From the NCBI RefSeq assembly GCF_009914755.1, contig NC_060926.1: a stretch of 64,000 nucleotides of DNA, one strand, 5' to 3'. Every line of letters begins with the position of its first letter. Position 1 is the first letter of the stretch. Below, in pieces: positions 15,990-64,000 of the stretch. Both the position numbers and the translations under genes were made by a program. The notes under the pieces are model-generated. The model saw only the letters and a program-made list of their open reading frames with translations. It was not told the origin of the DNA and did no database searches. Origin of the DNA: the human T2T-CHM13v2.0 reference genome, Homo sapiens.

Positions 15990-16297
15990 TTTTTTGTTTG
16001 TTTTGTTTTGTTTTGTTTTTGAGACAGGGTCTCTGTCACCCAGGATGAAATGCAGTGGCCCAATGACAGCTTACTCTAGCCTCGACCTCCTAGGCTCAGG
16101 TGATTCTCCCACCCCAGCCTCCAGAGTGGCTGGAGCCACAGCCACGTGCCTAACACCTGGTTCATTTTTGTATTTTTTTATAGAGACGGGGTTTTACTGT
16201 GTTGCCCAGGCTGGTCTCACGCTCCTGCACTTGACCAGTTCACCCTCCTTGGCCTTCCAAAGTGCTGGGATTATAGGCATGAACCACCGTGCCCAGC
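15990..16297 (-). mobile_element. AluJ-like, antisense
   Basis: Divergent Alu motifs with (TTTTG)n tail. Confidence 0.85.
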
Positions 16298-16469
16298 TTT
16301 TGAAAAACCTGTATAATAAAAAGTTTGGACTAATGTTCTTTGAGCCCTTAAAAAAATGCTATTCAATTAAAAAAAAAAAAAACCTATAGTGTCTTATAAC
16401 TCCAAATCCCATACTGTCACCCAACTGATCTGCCCTGGTGACCACCATTTCCTGACAAACATTCAAATA

Positions 16470-16907
16470 ACTCCTGAGGAATTGAAGAAATTCACATTTA
16501 TGACCCAGTGACACTGGCCTTGTCTCAGTTCCTATAGTGTGTCATACTCTGTTCTGCACAGAAGTTTTGCTCATCCTATTCCTTTGTTTGCAGAGGTCCC
16601 TTCCCCATCCCCTATCTCTCAGGCAGACTCCTCATCTCAGTTTATTTACGACTTCCTCAGGGAAAGCCTTCCACACTTCCCTGACGGATGACTTTCCCCT
16701 GTTGTGTGTGCCCATAGCACCATTTACCTACTTCGTATACTTGTGTGGTTATTTTATGTTTATTTGTGTGATTCTTTGATTGGTGTCTGTGCTGCCCCAA
16801 GATTAAAAACTTCATGAGAGAAGAAACCATGTATTTTTCTTGTTTTTGTTTGCCATTGTATCCCCACTGAGAACATGGTGAATAAATACGTGTTAAATGA
16901 ATGAATG
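16470..16907 (+). mobile_element. L2 3' end
   Basis: Pyrimidine-rich L2-like body ending AATAAATACGTGTTAAATGAATGAATG. Confidence 0.65.
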
Positions 16908-17445
16908 GCCTTTTTTTTTTTTTAGCTGGAAGGACATAAAATTCTTACATACATATAGTTTTTAAGAATTATGGCTCCAGATATTTTGGATTTCATCTCT
17001 GGATTAAGTCAGAATGTCAGACAATTGTGTACTTGCACAGTAGTACTTTGTTCCTTTACATAATTGTTTTTTCTTAATTGAACTTTGGTAGTGTGCCCTT
17101 GGCTCAAATTGGCATATGCTGTAAGCAATAAAATGTTGCATTGATTGTATGGACACTCTTGAGGACAGTGTCTGCCATATCAAGTACTATCCATTATATC
17201 AGGTAATATCGTCATTATGAGGACTCAGAGGAGAAATTTCTCTCTGATCTTACTCCCAGAAAAAAAAGTGTGCTTTTCTTGAGCAACTGGTCTGTTTTTG
17301 TCTTGGAAGCACTGTTGTCTTAGGCCTAATTTTTGTTTCCTGAAGCTCAAAGCCAGACTTGTGACTGACATCTAAAAATTAGTTAGGGGTTTCTGGCATA
17401 CCCTGTGTAAGCTAATCTCAGTTTTAGTTTCATCTTAATCTCTAG

Positions 17446-18276
<831 letters not shown>

Positions 18277-20117
18277 AGTTCTAGGCATTAAGTTCTAATT
18301 GGTTCATTTGGGGACTCGAAATTCTCCATTTTATTTTATTTTATTTTATTTTTTCTGCTTTTGTCACAAAAGCACAGACATTGCTTAACAAAGAGGTCTG
18401 AGACAGGATATGAATGTTAAGCTCAGGGACATAGGGTCAACACTTTTGAGTGCACAGACTGGGAACCTGGCAGAGTTTTAACAATCCCCTCCCCTATTTT
18501 CACCATCCCTTAGTCCTGTAGAAGTAGAGCAGATGATTACGTATTCACTGCTGTATGGCTTATTACCTTTGTAGGAATTCTAACTGAAGGGCTTGGCATT
18601 TGGCCTGACAGAATATCAGAATCCCTTTATTTTTCGTTCCATTGCAAAATAATTTTTTGTGCCATCAGTGAAATAACAGCTATGCAGTGGCATATACAGC
18701 TCTGGAGACCAGGCATTAGAAGACTGTGAGACAAGAATAACCAGAATGATGATAAGGAGACACTGGAAGTCACTTTAGATTGATGACCAAAGATTTCCTT
18801 ATTCTGACCAGGAGGTCAGATCTCAAGGGTCCTTCTGAGTCCACTTTTGATTAGCCAAATTGTCTTTTCTTTCAGTTTGACTATAGGTTAGTCAACCTTC
18901 CCTCCACATTCATCAGGGACTGTTAGCAATATGTCATATTTTTTTCTTGGTGTACCATTAAGCAATCTAAAGCTATGCTGTTACCTGTAACCACTTGGAT
19001 TAATTATTTTAGATTAGTTGGTTATACTTCTAGGGCTTTATGGCTTTATCTTTTCAGTCAGCATTATTAACCAAGTTTTGATAGCTTTTTCAACTTTTGT
19101 AACCCCCATCCAGGGAGATCAGTGTCCTCTCAGACACTTCCAGGTAAGCATGATCTCCTGGAAGACATGAGAAGTCTCTTAAATTGTCTAATTATTACAT
19201 TGGAGCTACATAATAACTCCAATATACCTGGAGTTATTATGTGTATATGCAAGTTAGGTTCTAATGAGGCAAATATAAGTAAATATGTTGTTGATTCAGG
19301 AGGTAAAAATTAGGAGAGCCACGTGTAGTTTTAAAAACAAAAGAGGAATTACTTGTAACAAAAGTAAGTAAGAAAGGAATTCTCAGTTATCTCTTGGGTA
19401 AAGATACCTTGCATAGAGTTCAGCAAAAATTGCAAAGGTTGTCATAGGACTATGGAGGCCATTAGGCTAATTAAAATTTATAATATTGCCCATATATTTG
19501 TACTAAGTCTCATTCCTGAAGGATTTTATATTTGGGTTGAGGCTTTGAGAAATTCTAAGACTGGCTTGGGCAGTAAAACAAACCAAGTAAAAATTGCCAT
19601 GGCTGTAAATAGTCAAAAAGGGGTAAGCTAAGTTTCTGCAAACTAAACAATTTCAGAGGGTGTAAGAATGTATTGGATAAAGGATGAAGATAAAAAGCAC
19701 TTTGGAGACTATTGATACTCATCAGATTTTACCACTGATAATTTTTCAAGAGGAACTGTTTATGAAACTATAAAGAGAAAATGGAGATACAAAAAGCCAT
19801 CCAAGATGTAAATGCCGAAGGCCAAGTTTTGAGATAAACAGAAAATCACAAAAATTCATGTCAGGTGGTTCTTCCATGGCCCCAGTGTGAGCAGACAGTA
19901 TTTTCCTTGAGGAGAAATACTAGTTTGGTGGGGGTAAGGTAGGGAGTTAGTTTAAGGATTAATCAAGAGAACTATACATATGCTATTTAGGTTGAGGGTA
20001 AAGATCAGAGTAGGCATGGGCAACGCCTAGACTCAATCAAGTTACCTATCAAGCAAGCTGACATATTCAGACAAAGCAAGACTCCATCTCAAAAAAAAAA
20101 AAAAATAAATAAATAAA

Positions 20118-20301
20118 AAGAATTCCTTCATTATTTTGTCATGCTTTAAGGCCCAGGACAGGCCTAGGCAAAAGTTTTGATGGCCTTTTGTTACATCCCA
20201 GCCTTTGTATAAGGGCACTGGCTTTTAGTATTTAACTTCATTCAGTCATTACTGAAACAGTTGTTATGGAAGTCTGCATTAGTGAGACCTGGCCTGCCAC
20301 A
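20118..20301 (-). mobile_element. Truncated ERV1 LTR (LTR15-like) 5' end
   Basis: Minus strand begins TGTGGCAGGCCAGGTCTCACTAATGCAG (TG LTR terminus); family recalled from memory. Confidence 0.6.
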
Positions 20302-20767
20302 GGAGGTTGCAGTGAGCTGAGATCGTGCCACTGTACTCCAGCCTGGGCGGCAGTGTGAGACTCTGTCTCAAAAAAGAAAAATGATGCAGAAAGATTTGTT
20401 TGACACAGAGTGGGCATAAACTTTCAATTTGTCAAAAACATAGTATCTGTGAAGTACAATAAAATGTAGTGCAATAAAATGAGGTATGCTTGGATAGCAA
20501 AACATCATGTTGTACCTAGTAAAGGTATACAATTTTTATTTGTGAATTATACCTCAGTAAAGCTGGACAAATGAACTGTATTTGCAACATGGTAGGAATA
20601 TATGACATTGGACATTAATGCAAATGGAATTTTCAGTGCCATGGTGAAAATGTTATACCACTGAACAAAAAAAAAGTAGTGTGAAATGAAGTAAAATGTG
20701 AAAATCCCTAATAAATGCAGAAATATGAACTGCTTATCCAAAAGAGAAAAGTCTTTTGAGTTCCTCA

Positions 20768-22260
<1,493 letters not shown>

Positions 22261-23058
22261 GATCTCTGTCCTACCATTTCATCTTCCTACTAGGCTATCC
22301 CCACATGGATAGATAAATGGTACCTCAAGTGAAAGAAATCAACTACCTAAAATAGGATTTTCCACTCCAAACTAGATTTTCTTTACATGTCATTTCTGTT
22401 AATGTGGGCCACACACACTGGTAAGCTCAGAATCATCTTTTTCTTTTCTTTTATTCACATCCAATATGGTTGAAATAAAACAAAATGCTGTTTTTCCTTT
22501 TTTAGAAAGGCAATACTTGTTCATTATATCAAAATTTAGAAAATATGGAAAAACAAAAAGGATAAAAAATTATCCACAACCAAAATAGCCCAAATTTCCA
22601 GTTAAAAATATCAACGCATTTGATATTTGTCCACATAATTAAGACTGTAATGTTTACACAAATGTGAGCTTTTAAAATCTAAAAGGCTCTCACTATTAAA
22701 AATGTTTTGTTAAATTTTGTTTTAAAAGTAAGATTTTAATATCCAAATTCCCAAAATAGACATTTTTGAAGATTTGGAAAATACAGACGGCTGAAAATCT
22801 TTACATTATTACTGTTAAATTTTGGTATGTTCTGTTATTCTGCTAGTGAAATATATATAGATTTGGGGGGCTATTCCTTTTCCTTTTTTTTTTTTTTGAG
22901 ACAAGTGTCTCACTCTGGTGCCCAGGATGGAATGCAGTGGCGCTATCACAGTTCATTGTAACCTGGAACTCTTGGGATCCTCCCGCCTCGACCTCCCAAA
23001 GTGCTGGGGCTACCGGCTTGAGCCACTGTGCCAGGCGAATGGCTGTTCCTATATACAC

Positions 23059-23210
23059 AGTTGACCCTTGAATAACATGGGTTTGAACTGCCTGGGTCCA
23101 CTTATAAGCTGACAGAAAATACAGTATTGGAGGGGCCTGCATATAGAGAGGTCTGACTTTTCCTCTAAGTGTTCCACCCGCAGGACTGACTGCGGGATTT
23201 GAGAATGCGC
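23059..23210. mobile_element. Tigger2-type DNA transposon fragment
   Basis: CAGTTGACCCTTGAATAACATGGGTTTGAACTGC terminal motif. Confidence 0.65.
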
Positions 23211-23214
23211 TTTG

Positions 23215-23503
<289 letters not shown>

Positions 23504-23729
23504 GGGCAAGACACCCTCAGAGCACAGGGTGCTGCCAAGAGCCCGGCCGAGTGCAGCTCGAGCGCCGACGTCGCCAAGGATACACAGTGCTGACGCAGTA
23601 CACAAGTGCGTCACAGTGGTCCTCCGCCGGCTACGTCAGTGGCTTTCAGGCGCTTTCCTGTTGGAATTGGCGACTGCTGCGGGGCGGAGCGCTGGTTTCA
23701 CGCGTCTCGGGAGCCAGGTTGGCGGTGCG

Positions 23730-62438
<38,709 letters not shown>

Positions 62439-63835
62439 GTGAGCTGGCAAGTGCATAATCGCATATTTTAGTAAAACTACTTTACTTCCCTCTTTTAAGT
62501 AGATAACGTGTGAAATCACCTTGTTTATATATGTTTGTTAATATACATGTCAACGTCTGTTTATATGTGACTTCAAAAGCTGTATTTGGTGTTACGGAGA
62601 TTTTTATAATCCCAAGCAGAAAAAACGAGCCGTATGTGATCACGTGTATATAAAGGCTTAAAGAACACTTAATCCACACCTCAGATGAGCTGAGATGAGA
62701 TTATTCCTTAAATTGAAAAATGTTATTGAATAGAGTTATGCACTAAGAAATGCTTAATTAAGAACCTACACCTCTGGGGAATTATTTTGATGATAATGAT
62801 GAGAGGCAGGACGTTATATAGGAAATCTTACTTAATTTGAAATATTATGGTTATATAAAGAAAGAAAAGGAGTTTGGACCTGAATCATACAGGGTTTTTA
62901 AGTTCTGCTCTATCACTTACTATAATAGCTGTGTAAGTTAACCTGTCTGAAATGTGGAGATAATACTTGCCTTACATAATTACTATGAGCATTTGTGTAT
63001 GTGCAGGTGGGCGTGGGTGTGTATCAGACATTTATTAGAGTATACAGTAAACAGTTAATGAACTAAGGTTACTAATAGTGTTTACTGTGGGTTGGCTGTG
63101 TGCAAAAGTGCTTTGTGAATGTAATTTGATTTAATTACAGTAACTTAGAATGGCCGGTACCATTATTAATCCCTTTTTTATAAATAAGGAAATGGATAAA
63201 GAAAGGTTAGGTAACTTACTCATTATTATACAGCTAGTTATTGATAGAGCCGAGATTCACACTCCAGTGGTGTAACTCCAAAGCACTTGCCAGTATAATA
63301 CATTGCTCCCAGGCAGCCAGAAATAAAAAAATTGTTCCTTTTACGTACGACAGACTTCTGAAATGGTAGTAGTAGTGCCCTTTTTTTTTTCTCTTTTTAG
63401 CCCAGGAAAGATTTAGAATAAAATCTAGTTTAGATGAGCACATTTGTGTGATGGTTCCTATAGTTAAGGCAACCCCACTAGCCTTTTGTGATAGTATCTT
63501 CTCAACACAAGCAAAATAACAGAAAATCTTTGTGAAGTCAAGCTTATTAAATGTCGTAAGTCATAGATAAGTATATGAAACGTCTAACGTTCAAACCTTG
63601 TTTTCTTAAAACCTTACACATCATATAGGTCCTTGTAAGAGGATAAACAAACCGGCTAGCCTTTCCTGGGGCTTTTTTAGTGACGTGTGCAGTCAGTTAT
63701 TTGGTGCCTTGTGGGTCATGATCTCCATTTCTTCTGTGTACAGGCATAAAAGGTCTTCTGTTCTTATACAAGCATGTAAATCCAACATTCTCATTGTCTC
63801 ATTTTATTCTTGCAATGACCCTGTGAAATGTGTAG

Positions 63836-63948
63836 AAGCAGCATATCCTCATTTTACAATTGAGAAACATGGAGACTCCAAATGGATTATTTACAGGTTC
63901 ACAAAACAGCTTTGTGGCACTGAAAGGGCGAGAGCAAAGATCTCCTGA
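63836..63948 (+). CDS. Candidate MIR-derived alternative terminal exon, EAAYPHFTIEKHGDSKWIIYRFTKQLCGTERARAKIS*
   Basis: TGTAG acceptor, in frame with phase-1 exon 18, TGA 63946-63948, AATAAA 63983-63988; MIR-like core ATCCTCATTTTACAATTGAGAAAC. Confidence 0.6.
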
Positions 63949-63982
63949 TTTCTGTTCCTGTGTTCATAGATTCTTTTTCCTT

Positions 63983-63988
63983 AATAAA
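63983..63988 (+). terminator. Polyadenylation signal AATAAA of the candidate alternative last exon
   Basis: Canonical hexamer 35 nt downstream of the stop. Confidence 0.55.
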
Positions 63989-64000
63989 AGTAAACATATA

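Overview
Human/hominid genomic DNA from a segmental-duplication mosaic, most likely the RGPD1 locus at 2p11.2 (RGPD2 not excluded). From left to right: a single ANAPC1-derived exon (536-610); a repeat-rich block of unidentified origin carrying two minus-strand processed pseudogenes (WBP1 with poly-A and a 17-bp TSD; NDUFB4); then the CpG-island promoter and coding exons 1-18 of a RANBP2/NUP358-derived RGPD gene on the + strand. The spliced exons form an uninterrupted frame of 2581 nt (860 codons + 1 nt), and the gene continues past the window. Main observations: codon 585 is ATG (Met), matching the RANBP2 T585M ANE1 disease allele; an 18-nt deletion plus substitutions hit the NUP358 oligomerisation coiled coil; a MIR-derived in-frame alternative last exon with AATAAA would give an N-terminal-domain-only isoform; intron 1 starts with a three-tier GC-rich VNTR; a 333-bp non-Alu insert with 7-bp inverted ends sits in a nest of four Alus; and there is a fold-back inverted Alu duplication. 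Comparisons with RANBP2, ANAPC1, WBP1 and NDUFB4 and all repeat-family names come from recalled sequences, not from alignments. No prokaryotic systems (e.g. CRISPR) are present, and most ORF-track entries are Alu-derived noise.
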